Source: a virus | Lineage: Duplodnaviria > Caudoviricetes | Reading direction: 5' to 3' (one strand) | IMG/VR virus record: IMGVR_UViG_3300021399_000100 | DNA length: 64,000 bases | Translations under genes and position numbers: made by a program | Part shown: in pieces, positions 26,373 to 36,213 of the stretch | Position numbering within the stretch: position 1 is the stretch's first letter | How the letters are laid out: each line of letters begins with the position of its first letter | Notes under the pieces: generated by a model | What the model saw: only the letters and a program-made list of their open reading frames with translations | Databases searched by the model: none | What the model was told of the DNA's origin: nothing

Positions 26373-27692
26373 TTAGTCGAATCTACCTGTCTTGTCGTAC
26401 AAGAACACTTTGATAGGGAATCTCATGCTTTTCTCACCCTTATCATTAGTTGTCTCTTCAAAGTATTTAACTTTAAGGACTCTACCAATGAGTTGTTCTG
26501 GCTCTGATGCATAATTCTTGCGCTCATCTAAAGACCATCCAGACCCTACCGAACAAGTGTATCCCTTGTAGTATACTTCAACAGAGGCTAGTACATTATG
26601 AAGGACGGTGTTCTTGTAACGGAAATCACCTAATGTGTAACCTGTAATGGTAAACTCACCATCTTCGAAAGATTTGATTTTCAACAAGTTATCAGTCCGC
26701 TTACCTTCCCATGAAACATCCTTACGGATCATCAGGCCTTCCCAGCCAGCATCCTCTGCCTTGTTGAACTCTTCCATGAGCATGTCTTCATCAACCACCT
26801 TCTTTTGGTCAACAATAATAACATTGTCTCCTAAAACCTCTTTATTGCGATTGAAGAACTCTTGGAGTGTTTTATATCTTTCAGAGAATATAGCACTAGT
26901 CTCTTCACCATATGCGACCTCTAGTGAATACATATCGAATACCATCATAACTGGGTCAGGGATAGTGTAATCCTTTCTCTTGACTTGGGATACGATAGAT
27001 TTGAAATCATCGTGATCCAAGCCACTTTTGGTTATGACTTCTCCATCTAAGACGAAATCGCCAGGGATTTGTTGGAATATATTTTTGAGGACTTCTAGAG
27101 TAGTGAACTCTTTACCCGTACGGGAAAGGGTCAGTACCTTGTCGCTCTGCTTAATTATATTTAATCGGCAGCCGTCCAATTTGCGAGACATGTACCAGTC
27201 GTCCTTTTCGAAGTTGACCTTCTTCTTTTTGTTAAAATATGAGTTTGCTAAAGATACCCCAAGTGTCTTGTTAGTCTTGACACATGCCTTATATGTAGCA
27301 GAAGATACTCCACATTTCAGATCCTTGTCCAAGATGCATTCTAGTACTTCTGCTGCACCTTTGCTAAGAGCTTCGTGATATGTTTTCAGCAAATCCTTTT
27401 TCTGAGAAGCACTGATGCTTTGTATCTGCAAAGTGGCTAACGCAGCAGATACCTCTATGTCACTTACAGAGGATTCCTTATTATCAGTACGGGAAGAGGC
27501 TGGATGCTCAAAGATTTTAGAGGTCAGGGAGAACTTCTCAGAATTGAATATCATATCGAGAACAGTCATGACTGCCTTGTTATCTTTGTACATGCTGACA
27601 AATTCACGGAGCTTAGCCTTTTTATTGTTCGCGGAGTTATCCTCAAGCAGATCCTGTCGCAATGAGGCTACAATGTCTAATTGGTTTTCCAT
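26373..27692 (-). CDS. lig: ATP-dependent DNA ligase
   Basis: KLDG (motif I), LDGE, FD, WEGLMIR, LLKIK, VGSG, RFP. Confidence 0.95.
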   Translation of the reverse strand: MENQLDIVASLRQDLLEDNSANNKKAKLREFVSMYKDNKAVMTVLDMIFNSEKFSLTSKIFEHPASSRTDNKESSVSDIEVSAALATLQIQSISASQKKDLLKTYHEALSKGAAEVLECILDKDLKCGVSSATYKACVKTNKTLGVSLANSYFNKKKKVNFEKDDWYMSRKLDGCRLNIIKQSDKVLTLSRTGKEFTTLEVLKNIFQQIPGDFVLDGEVITKSGLDHDDFKSIVSQVKRKDYTIPDPVMMVFDMYSLEVAYGEETSAIFSERYKTLQEFFNRNKEVLGDNVIIVDQKKVVDEDMLMEEFNKAEDAGWEGLMIRKDVSWEGKRTDNLLKIKSFEDGEFTITGYTLGDFRYKNTVLHNVLASVEVYYKGYTCSVGSGWSLDERKNYASEPEQLIGRVLKVKYFEETTNDKGEKSMRFPIKVFLYDKTGRFD

Positions 27693-27693
27693 A

Positions 27694-28605
27694 TTAAATT
27701 TTGCACTCTGATATTAATTTGTTAAATTGATCAAGATTCAATCGGCCTCCGGCAGCCCCCTTATGGCCACCACCTCCGTAATTATCTTTCATGTATTGCC
27801 CGCATGAGAAATCAGTATCCTTATCTTCCATGTACATAGATACATTAAAGGTGCCTTCGATCTTATTGCTGCGTTCTACTACTACACACACGTCATAATC
27901 TTGAAAGACAGACTGGAATACTATTGATGAGAATACAGGGCATATCATAGCTATACCTCTCAGATGCCCGTCTACTTCTACTTCAAACGCAAACCGTTCT
28001 ATCCAACTCTTATATTGGGCATCAGTATATTCTATAATATCTGTACCCTTTTTAATTATGCGTGTAGGGTCTTTCATCAGCTCAGGCCATATTCCCCAAA
28101 GCTTTTCGGGGCCTATACCAACCACGGCTTGCAGACCCGTCTGCATAGGTCGTGTTTCTTTTTCCCAGTCGAATGTGCTCTTATCCCAAATGTCATATGC
28201 ACCTAGAAGCCTGATGCTGTACGGCGTTTCTGAATTAGAGACATTATGAAAATATTCATACGTAAGAACACATGCAGCTTTTGAAGTGTCTCTGACACCT
28301 TGCAGGCCATCATATTTATATTTCACAGAATCTTCTATGGCAGTGATATGATGATCAATCCAGATGGTTCTATCTGAATAATGCGACCATAGGAATTTCA
28401 TGATATCAACTGACAGTGATATGTCGCATAATACAATGTGGCAGTATTCCTCCCAATGAGGTAGCTCTACCTGATCATTATAATTGAAACCAAAGCCCTC
28501 TACAGTATATCCCTGTGATTCATAGAAATCTTTGGCCGTACAGAAACTTGACAACCCATCAAAATCTACTCTGTGATAGACAATGAGTACTTTTTCTTTA
28601 TCCAT
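27694..28605 (-). CDS. DHH/DHHA1 phosphoesterase
   Basis: YHRVDFDG, WIDHH, GGGGHKGAAG. Confidence 0.9.
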   Translation of the reverse strand: MDKEKVLIVYHRVDFDGLSSFCTAKDFYESQGYTVEGFGFNYNDQVELPHWEEYCHIVLCDISLSVDIMKFLWSHYSDRTIWIDHHITAIEDSVKYKYDGLQGVRDTSKAACVLTYEYFHNVSNSETPYSIRLLGAYDIWDKSTFDWEKETRPMQTGLQAVVGIGPEKLWGIWPELMKDPTRIIKKGTDIIEYTDAQYKSWIERFAFEVEVDGHLRGIAMICPVFSSIVFQSVFQDYDVCVVVERSNKIEGTFNVSMYMEDKDTDFSCGQYMKDNYGGGGHKGAAGGRLNLDQFNKLISECKI

Positions 28606-28616
28606 ATTGATTTTAT

Positions 28617-29084
28617 TTATAGTAAGTTTATATAACTGACGAGAGTATCAAACTCAACACTACGGTTATGCTCTTCGCTATAGAACGTCTGTAGCTTTGA
28701 TAGAGCATATTCGATCTTACTTATTCTTTGTTTATATAAAACCGTCTTGGTTAATATACCTAAATCGGTTTTCCATTCTGCAATTGTGTACCCTTCGTAT
28801 GTGTACGGTTCTGCAGGATATAAGTTGGCGATGTCCTTGTCCGCAGCCAGCCCGTGTTCACATAAGAATGACAAGAAAGAATCATGCTTCATCTCTTCGT
28901 CATAAATAATCTTATAATACTTTTCGACATCAGCAATATTAGATACTGCACGCAGACTCTCGCGCCCCATCTTCATATTAGTGGTGTACTTTGGTAGGGC
29001 GTTCAGCTTGTCCTCCAATTCATTCTTTTGTGCCGTGAGTTTATCTACATAGCTCTGTACGGCAGAATCATTTATTTTTCCCAT
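28617..29084 (-). CDS. hypothetical protein
   Basis: ORF track; operon context. Confidence 0.7.
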   Translation of the reverse strand: MGKINDSAVQSYVDKLTAQKNELEDKLNALPKYTTNMKMGRESLRAVSNIADVEKYYKIIYDEEMKHDSFLSFLCEHGLAADKDIANLYPAEPYTYEGYTIAEWKTDLGILTKTVLYKQRISKIEYALSKLQTFYSEEHNRSVEFDTLVSYINLL

Positions 29085-29096
29085 AATGATATAATT

Positions 29097-30368
29097 TTAT
29101 TTTTCTAATGTTGGTAGATCGAATTTAGATGGTTGTTCTTTTGATACGTGCACCATATAAATGTACTTGTCTAGGCTTTTACTGCGGTACCCGTCTTTAG
29201 TAATATATTCTATTGCCGGATATTTCCAACTATGAACAGATGACGGATCTGGGGCGGGCTCAAGAGACTCAAACATGGCATTGATTCCTTCTCGGGTCAA
29301 TCCGGGGTACATGTGGAAATAATAATTATATTCGTCACAAGAATAATAGTCAGCTAGTGCTCTTCCAGCTGACATTTTCAGATAATCATTTATAATTTCA
29401 TATGACATGCCTCTGTCGAACCTACAATATGTGTAATAACCTGCAATTTTATAATACCAACTTCTGCAAGTGTGTGCCAATTTTTGTGCAGCCTTCTTAA
29501 CGAAGAATCCCTTACCATCGTCAGTAACTACAGTATATGGACGTCCTTCGTTGTAACCGATTGTATAATTCTGTTCAAAATGGTCTATGATATTAGACGT
29601 AGTCCAGAACTCCTTGCTAAACGCAGTCAAATTGAATCTATACATAATATCCTGAATCTCGTCAGCTGAAAGAACGTTGTCTGATACTTTATATAGAATG
29701 CGGCTAGGATCCTTCTTATATACGATATTATGATCAGTCGGATCTGCAAACAGGCATTTAGACTCGAACTGGGTACCGTAGACGTCTGTTTTAGCTTTAG
29801 CAATCTTTGTCTTTCCAACATATACTAAATCATGAGAAGGCGCATCCCAATAATATCCTTCTTTAAATTTATACAATGAGCCCTCTATCATGTCAGATGC
29901 CTTGAAAGATGCTTTTTCGAACATCTTTGACTGTTCGCTAACATATTTGCTGTAGTCATCTGTACAGCATGGAATCAGAAACAGGTCGGTGCCATCCCAA
30001 CCATATACGAACTTCCCGTCTAGACCTTTGCCATGATAGCAATCTACCCAGTCCAAGATATATAGAAGGTTTTCTATTGAGATTTCAATCTCAAACCCTC
30101 TTGGGTCAAAGACACGGCAATAGCTCTGCCTGAAATTCCAATCAGATTTATAACCGCCCACGTGCTTATTAAGGACGAATCCCTCTGTAGGAACGTTGTC
30201 AAAATCCTGAGGATCTATCTTAGAATCTCTCCAGGAATCCCATGATTTCTGTTTGTGCAGAACACCTTTCTGGTCGTAGTATATAACGTACGCCAGCTTA
30301 TTTGTATAAGTGCCCTCCCTGTGTTGATATCCTGCCTTGATCTTTTTAGGGATAAACATATTACGCAT
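29097..30368 (-). CDS. conserved phage hypothetical protein
   Basis: KLAYVIYYD...SW..WRD...N.PTEGFVLNK.VGG...RVFDPRGFEIEI pattern. Confidence 0.75.
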   Translation of the reverse strand: MRNMFIPKKIKAGYQHREGTYTNKLAYVIYYDQKGVLHKQKSWDSWRDSKIDPQDFDNVPTEGFVLNKHVGGYKSDWNFRQSYCRVFDPRGFEIEISIENLLYILDWVDCYHGKGLDGKFVYGWDGTDLFLIPCCTDDYSKYVSEQSKMFEKASFKASDMIEGSLYKFKEGYYWDAPSHDLVYVGKTKIAKAKTDVYGTQFESKCLFADPTDHNIVYKKDPSRILYKVSDNVLSADEIQDIMYRFNLTAFSKEFWTTSNIIDHFEQNYTIGYNEGRPYTVVTDDGKGFFVKKAAQKLAHTCRSWYYKIAGYYTYCRFDRGMSYEIINDYLKMSAGRALADYYSCDEYNYYFHMYPGLTREGINAMFESLEPAPDPSSVHSWKYPAIEYITKDGYRSKSLDKYIYMVHVSKEQPSKFDLPTLEK

Positions 30369-30378
30369 ATTTTCGAAA

Positions 30379-30846
30379 TTAACTAAATTGACTTTTTATT
30401 AAATCTACAACATACGAAGATATCTCGTCATCTGCGAGGTTCGAGACTATACAGTATTTTTTATTAACAACAATGATACCCTTTCCTTTTGTAAAGTACT
30501 CGTGCCAGCAGTACCCTTCTGGTTTAGCATTGAACGATAAATAAAAGTCTTCGTCCTTATCCCATAAAGGCATATTATTGGTGTTATGGGTGTTGTATAA
30601 ATTTTCATTACCCGCAATACCCTTATATTTTGGTTTCATTTCGCCGGTAGACTCCCACCATTTGAGGAGTTCAAACCTGTTCAGGTTTGGTATACTCTCA
30701 GGTCTCTTAACAAATGGCTCGTTTTCATCACGGCACAGAATGCCATGATCCTTCGCGAATTTGAATACGTCGTCGGCATTGCTACCATTATATATAATAT
30801 AATCATATTCAATGTCTACATTTATATGTGCATTCATCGTTTTCAT
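30379..30846 (-). CDS. hypothetical protein
   Basis: ORF track; follows an early promoter. Confidence 0.7.
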   Translation of the reverse strand: MKTMNAHINVDIEYDYIIYNGSNADDVFKFAKDHGILCRDENEPFVKRPESIPNLNRFELLKWWESTGEMKPKYKGIAGNENLYNTHNTNNMPLWDKDEDFYLSFNAKPEGYCWHEYFTKGKGIIVVNKKYCIVSNLADDEISSYVVDLIKSQFS

Positions 30847-30893
30847 ATGCGTTCTGTTTTAGTAATTAATATGTCTGTTTCCTTTCTATGACA

Positions 30894-30925
30894 TAAAATT
30901 ACTAACATTTTTATATATTAGCAAC
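30894..30925 (-). promoter_or_regulatory. Bacteroidota-type early promoter
   Basis: Minus strand GTTG-N20-TAATTTTA. Confidence 0.55.
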
Positions 30926-30951
30926 TAAAGCACATAAAATTTTATATGATT

Positions 30952-31149
30952 TTAATCCCAGAAATTCTGACATTGTATCTCTTTCCATTTAGTTGCACGG
31001 AATACTTTGCCGTAAAATGGGCACGATTGAGGGTTATCAAAATGGTCGCAAGAACCACAGAACTCTTCAAAATAGTATAAATTCTGCCTATTGATGTATT
31101 CTTCCAGAGAGTCTTCATCCATAGCGTCTTCTATTCTTATTTTTGGCAT
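30952..31149 (-). CDS. small Cys-containing hypothetical protein
   Basis: MPKIRIED...CGSCDHF...CPF. Confidence 0.55.
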   Translation of the reverse strand: MPKIRIEDAMDEDSLEEYINRQNLYYFEEFCGSCDHFDNPQSCPFYGKVFRATKWKEIQCQNFWD

Positions 31150-31191
31150 GATGCAATAATTTAAATAAGTTGTGTATTTGATAGTTTTAAT

Positions 31192-31261
31192 GCGATTTAA
31201 CACAGGTAATCATATTTACTGCTTATTTATGCGCCTTGTAAAATATCCTGTGTTAAATCGC
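31192..31261. repeat. 15-bp perfect inverted repeat related to the dispersed repeat
   Basis: GCGATTTAACACAGG-N40-CCTGTGTTAAATCGC. Confidence 0.75.
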
Positions 31262-31270
31262 TTATTTTTA

Positions 31271-31819
31271 CTAAGCATGGAAAGGACCTATCTTCATGCT
31301 CAGTGCAGCTATTATATCCATCACCGCGCTAGTGGTTTTAGATGTCCTATATGGTATATCATTGGTGTCCAGTATTTCTTTAAGTGCCTTGTCTATGTTC
31401 ACCGCCTCTTCTTCAGTCTGCATCCTTCCCGTGTTCTGATATTGGGTCTCCCTCTCTATGAAGAATGTCATAGGGTTGAACCTCTTGTATTGCTCAATGA
31501 CGAAGTCATCAAACAGTTCGCTCTCTAATTTATTATAGAATACAGACAGTATGATAGGAGAATCTGTAATGATGACGTCATTATCGTCTATCAGCCTCCA
31601 TATCTTATGGAACTGCTTGCCGAATATATAGAACTGATCGGCCAAAGTCTTAAATGATTTTTCATATACCATGTCTTTGGCATATTCTGTAGCAAGCTCG
31701 ACTTTGACACCTGCCATCTTGAGGAAATAGAATACTCCAGCCGCAATAGTGCTCTTGCCAGACCCAGGTCCACCTATTAGGTTCACGACGATTGGCATCT
31801 TCTTGTTATTATTAATCAT
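31271..31819 (-). CDS. P-loop kinase/ATPase (AAA_28/NadR-like)
   Basis: GGPGSGKST, ELATEYAKD, IITDSP, GRMQTEEEA. Confidence 0.85.
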   Translation of the reverse strand: MINNNKKMPIVVNLIGGPGSGKSTIAAGVFYFLKMAGVKVELATEYAKDMVYEKSFKTLADQFYIFGKQFHKIWRLIDDNDVIITDSPIILSVFYNKLESELFDDFVIEQYKRFNPMTFFIERETQYQNTGRMQTEEEAVNIDKALKEILDTNDIPYRTSKTTSAVMDIIAALSMKIGPFHA

Positions 31820-31853
31820 ATCTGTACGTAATAGAATATATATTATAATATAA

Positions 31854-32258
31854 TCACTGCTTCATCAGCGCTGCAAGGTTAAAAGCTTCGACTGGAGAGA
31901 TATATAGTGCGGCGTCAAATGACTTTCGCTTCCACCTAGTATTCGTCTTGAAAGCAAACGTCTCTATAAGAGGTCCCACTTTCTTGTCAATGCCATTAGG
32001 GAAAATATCGAACTCACTTTCGGCTATATTCTTGAGGATTTCATAGAATAGCAGATCTATCTCGCGAAGCTTGATCTTTGACAGATCTACTCCGTATATA
32101 TATGTATCGTCCCATCGGGTTACTAGAATACACTTTGGGCCGCCTTTATAAAGGCACGCCCAAAGGTTATAATAGCTCGTAGCTTTCGATATGTCTACTT
32201 TCTCGTGCTCCCTGAAGAACTTGGGGAGACGTGCAGTGTTGTCAAATTGAAAATACAT
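31854..32258 (-). CDS. hypothetical protein, weakly like DNA end-protector protein
   Basis: MYFQFD...LP...YY...P.CILV...YGVDL; weak resemblance only. Confidence 0.4.
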   Translation of the reverse strand: MYFQFDNTARLPKFFREHEKVDISKATSYYNLWACLYKGGPKCILVTRWDDTYIYGVDLSKIKLREIDLLFYEILKNIAESEFDIFPNGIDKKVGPLIETFAFKTNTRWKRKSFDAALYISPVEAFNLAALMKQ

Positions 32259-32274
32259 AAGTCAGTCTTAGTCT

Positions 32275-35200
32275 CTACTCAGTTACAAATTTAAACTCCC
32301 AATCGTCTACAGACGGATCTGTATTATAATTATATACGCCGTATAGCACATTAGAGTTATTACCCCAGATTGCTACTGGCCAGAAATCAGGAACCTCAGC
32401 ATCACCATATGAAAAAGTTATATTAGCACTTGTTGAATTAGACATCAGTTTGTGCAAAGTTTCCATAATTCCTTTTGTATTAATATTGGAGTTGTTACAT
32501 GCTATGCTTCTTGTAGTCGCCGTCTCATACGATACAGATGGAACATCATCTATAGTTGCACCTGGATTGTTTGCAATATGTTCTTCAACATATTTTTTGA
32601 TAACAGATTGGACAAATAATTTCAGATTCATTGACAATGGATTGATGGCCTTCACGTCAAAGAACACTATACTGAACATAGGCAGACCTGTTTCTGTAGC
32701 GTCTTTGACGAATTGTTCAGAAAGCTTATTATACGATGTTGCACTTTCATCATATATATTATATGCATTTGCATAATAGAATGTGCCAGATATCTTGAAA
32801 ATATGAGTGTCTGAATGATACTCCTGGATATCTGTACTGGCAAAGTCAAGAGGTGTAACGCCTGTTCGGCTCGCAGTATGTAACAGTGGATTGCACATCA
32901 GCCAGCAACCTTTGCTCTGATATTTTGGATCGTATTGGGACACGGGATAGTCGTCGGTGCCTAACAGATAGTCGTCTGCAGGATAATTTGCTGCAGTCTT
33001 CCCCTCTTCCGGCTCTATTTTATACAGGAAGCTGAATATTCCCTGTGTCGTATTGGCTAAAGTATCATTATCGCTGCCACAGAAAGCATATGCATGTTCT
33101 TTCAATACGCGAGTCGACACTTCTTGCTGATGTGATAATTTATATCTATATGTCTGACCGTTGAATCTTCTATTTAGATATACAGGACATTTTACAGAAA
33201 TCTGCGGATTAGATGCAGAAGCCGTGCCAAATGTTATAGTATCCGTTTCTATATCATCTATAGATATATCCATGTTATCATCTCTCTTAGCATTTCTGTG
33301 GATCGTGAATATAACGTTGTAAATTTCACGATTGTAGTTAATTACATAAGACGGAATATCATTATATCCTGCAGTAAATGTCCACTTATCTACTTTATCT
33401 CTCGCAGCCCCTTCAAAATAAGGGTGACCCATATTAAAATAATACAGTTCAGAAGACACTATCTCTCCTGTCCAATTATCTAGTAATTTCTTTGCAACTA
33501 TACGGCTCAGATCAGCTTTGATAGTAGATTCACTCGTCTTATCAATAGAATTGTACTCTGCACTAGTAATACTTACCCTTCCTTCAGTTACACGTGCAGC
33601 TTCTGCATTTATGGCAGCATATGTTGAGTCACTGATAACCAATGAGTTTGTAATGTTATCTTCGATACCGTCGGATTGTTGTTTGTATTCAGCAGGTATA
33701 CGTATATATGGGAACGACCCTATAGCGTATTGGGCACTGACGCGATTGTCTCCGCTACAATAAGTATTTATCGCATTTTCTACGAATGGACTATACGCTG
33801 TACAGCTTCCGTTTAGCGAAAGGCCTAGCATGCTGGAGGCATTGTCATTATAAGAAAAAGTCTTTTGTGTTATTCCTTCAGCATTAACAGGCGATATTAA
33901 ATATGAATCCAAATCAAATCCGGTAGCATTGTAATCTGGAAAAGTATTGCTAGACTTGCTAGGCAGCACTGCATATGCAACGAAAGATATACCATCAACA
34001 CTGCTCAGATTAGCGCGTCCTCTAGTTACCATGACATCAATATCAAGCACATTATAGTCCTGTCCCCCTATAGACTCTACATTGTAGGACGAGTTAGATA
34101 ATTCTTCTATTTTATAAGATGCAGTATATTCTCTACCGTTATCAATATCTTTATAGATGAACATAAGCAATCCAGAAGGCTTCTCATATGCTGCGTCATA
34201 TATCAGTGACTTATTATCGGCTGAAACTGTAGTATATTTATAGTATTCTACACCATCTATAGACATGCTGTATGATTTCTCCTCGCTCGGGATGAAATTT
34301 GGAATATATGAAGTATATGCTGGGTTTGCCTTAATGTTGACTCTAATTGCATAAGGGAGTCCTTTAGAATGCATGATATTAGAGATATATCTTTCTTGAT
34401 GCTCACCTGCGTCAGATGGCGTATAACTATCTATAGTGACATTATTGAGGAAGCAGTCATACGATGTACCGACAACACTATGGAATCTACTAGACAGGAG
34501 CTTTGGAAACCTAGTATGGTCCAGACCTGTTATATTAGCATTACATGTCCATATATTATGAGACGGAACACTGTCGAATGTTATATTCATAAATATGGTG
34601 CTTATACCACCGTCGGTAACTGATGATATATTAATGTCCCTGTCTTCACATCCTGATCTGACTTCGCTAGATATATTCATGCCAGCAGGTGTCACAAAAG
34701 CCTTAGCCACATAATACGTGCTGCCATCTTTATATGCACTGACGACTATCTGCTGAACAGCTGCTATGTTTAAAGGGTTTGCATGAACTATTTTCGCTAC
34801 CGGGAATTTATATTGTCCTGCAGGTATATTTGAGAACTGAATCTGGGTTCCATCATCATCAAGAGCCATTTTATCAGTGTGGATGGCATAGCTGACGAGA
34901 TTGTTATCTGTATATTTTCTAACCAGATCATTATTAGTCAATACTTTGCCTAGACCCTCTATGTTATGGTTGACAGATTTCATCGTCTGTCTAAAGATCA
35001 TAGCAAGTACATTCTGGAAATCTGTTTTATACTTGTTTTCGTCACTATATAGATCACTTGTGGTTTCACCTTCATCAGTATTAGCTATATACGAATATGC
35101 AAGGTTAATACCTAGGTGTGAACTTGAAAGCAGTCTTTCATGCTTGAATGCATTATCTGCAATAGTGAACTCAAACCACTGATCCCCATTAGAATTAGAA

Positions 35201-35472
35201 TGAGGGTCTCCTCTGCCAATATCAAAAGGTTTTACTTCTGTTCCCTTATTGCTTATGATAGTGTGCGCATTATGTACATTCTGTTCTATAGGTATTGCTG
35301 GGTTGGCAAATGTATACCATTTTGTCTGGTCGGGTCTGACAGCATAATGTATTTCATCATTATATATAAAGGCCACTCTGTTGCCCGTCCTCAAGATGCT
35401 CTGAACAGCGGCATCATTGATATCTATATTAGTGTCGCATGAGTTAGCTACGAATACTCTTACCTGATCCAT
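32275..35472 (-). CDS. large hypothetical virion protein
   Basis: ORF over 1000 aa in the late region; likely start MDQVRV. Confidence 0.7.
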   Translation of the reverse strand: MDQVRVFVANSCDTNIDINDAAVQSILRTGNRVAFIYNDEIHYAVRPDQTKWYTFANPAIPIEQNVHNAHTIISNKGTEVKPFDIGRGDPHSNSNGDQWFEFTIADNAFKHERLLSSSHLGINLAYSYIANTDEGETTSDLYSDENKYKTDFQNVLAMIFRQTMKSVNHNIEGLGKVLTNNDLVRKYTDNNLVSYAIHTDKMALDDDGTQIQFSNIPAGQYKFPVAKIVHANPLNIAAVQQIVVSAYKDGSTYYVAKAFVTPAGMNISSEVRSGCEDRDINISSVTDGGISTIFMNITFDSVPSHNIWTCNANITGLDHTRFPKLLSSRFHSVVGTSYDCFLNNVTIDSYTPSDAGEHQERYISNIMHSKGLPYAIRVNIKANPAYTSYIPNFIPSEEKSYSMSIDGVEYYKYTTVSADNKSLIYDAAYEKPSGLLMFIYKDIDNGREYTASYKIEELSNSSYNVESIGGQDYNVLDIDVMVTRGRANLSSVDGISFVAYAVLPSKSSNTFPDYNATGFDLDSYLISPVNAEGITQKTFSYNDNASSMLGLSLNGSCTAYSPFVENAINTYCSGDNRVSAQYAIGSFPYIRIPAEYKQQSDGIEDNITNSLVISDSTYAAINAEAARVTEGRVSITSAEYNSIDKTSESTIKADLSRIVAKKLLDNWTGEIVSSELYYFNMGHPYFEGAARDKVDKWTFTAGYNDIPSYVINYNREIYNVIFTIHRNAKRDDNMDISIDDIETDTITFGTASASNPQISVKCPVYLNRRFNGQTYRYKLSHQQEVSTRVLKEHAYAFCGSDNDTLANTTQGIFSFLYKIEPEEGKTAANYPADDYLLGTDDYPVSQYDPKYQSKGCWLMCNPLLHTASRTGVTPLDFASTDIQEYHSDTHIFKISGTFYYANAYNIYDESATSYNKLSEQFVKDATETGLPMFSIVFFDVKAINPLSMNLKLFVQSVIKKYVEEHIANNPGATIDDVPSVSYETATTRSIACNNSNINTKGIMETLHKLMSNSTSANITFSYGDAEVPDFWPVAIWGNNSNVLYGVYNYNTDPSVDDWEFKFVTE

Positions 35473-35628
35473 TTTAATTGTATATTGTTTAGACAAATAA
35501 TTTACACGAAGCGAGAACTTTATCGTTTCAGCGTGATTATAATATTAGAAATCCACTTTTATTATTTTTTTCTGTGTTCCAAAACAAATGGAATAGAAAG
35601 GGCGCTCGGGAGAGTACCCTTTCTATAT

Positions 35629-36192
35629 TTATATTTTATACCATATGCCTTCGTATTGCATCAAAGTAACCGCACTGCCAGGCTCTATGAGGATGTGTCT
35701 TTGATTGCTCAAATTTATAGTAACATTGTTACTCATAGAATTTAACACAATATAAATCAACCCGTTAGCCCATCTACCTGGATCACTCAGATCATTATTG
35801 ACTTGAGATATATCATTATTGCTTGATATTTTATGAATAGCTTCTATAGGCATGCACATGCCATCTCTGTTCAATATGAAGCTTTTCCATTTAAAAACAT
35901 CTCTTGACATCTCAAACATTCGGCTAGGCTCCCCAGTTGTACCATAAGGTTCATATTCGTCTATGCTCTGAATATGATCAGTCTTTATATCAGCTGATTC
36001 TATCGAAGTGATATTCTCAAAGCTCAAACGTATATTATCTACACCATAGTCGTCATTGATCTTACAGAAATTCGCATATATATTATGCCATTTCTGAATA
36101 GATAAGAAATTGCTATTGATGATATCAATAGATTTCAATTGATACATATCCTCCGTAATAGGAAAGGTATCTATATTTATTGTATTAAGCAT
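35629..36192 (-). CDS. hypothetical protein
   Basis: ORF track. Confidence 0.7.
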   Translation of the reverse strand: MLNTINIDTFPITEDMYQLKSIDIINSNFLSIQKWHNIYANFCKINDDYGVDNIRLSFENITSIESADIKTDHIQSIDEYEPYGTTGEPSRMFEMSRDVFKWKSFILNRDGMCMPIEAIHKISSNNDISQVNNDLSDPGRWANGLIYIVLNSMSNNVTINLSNQRHILIEPGSAVTLMQYEGIWYKI

Positions 36193-36213
36193 ATGCGTTA
36201 TATGATTATTATA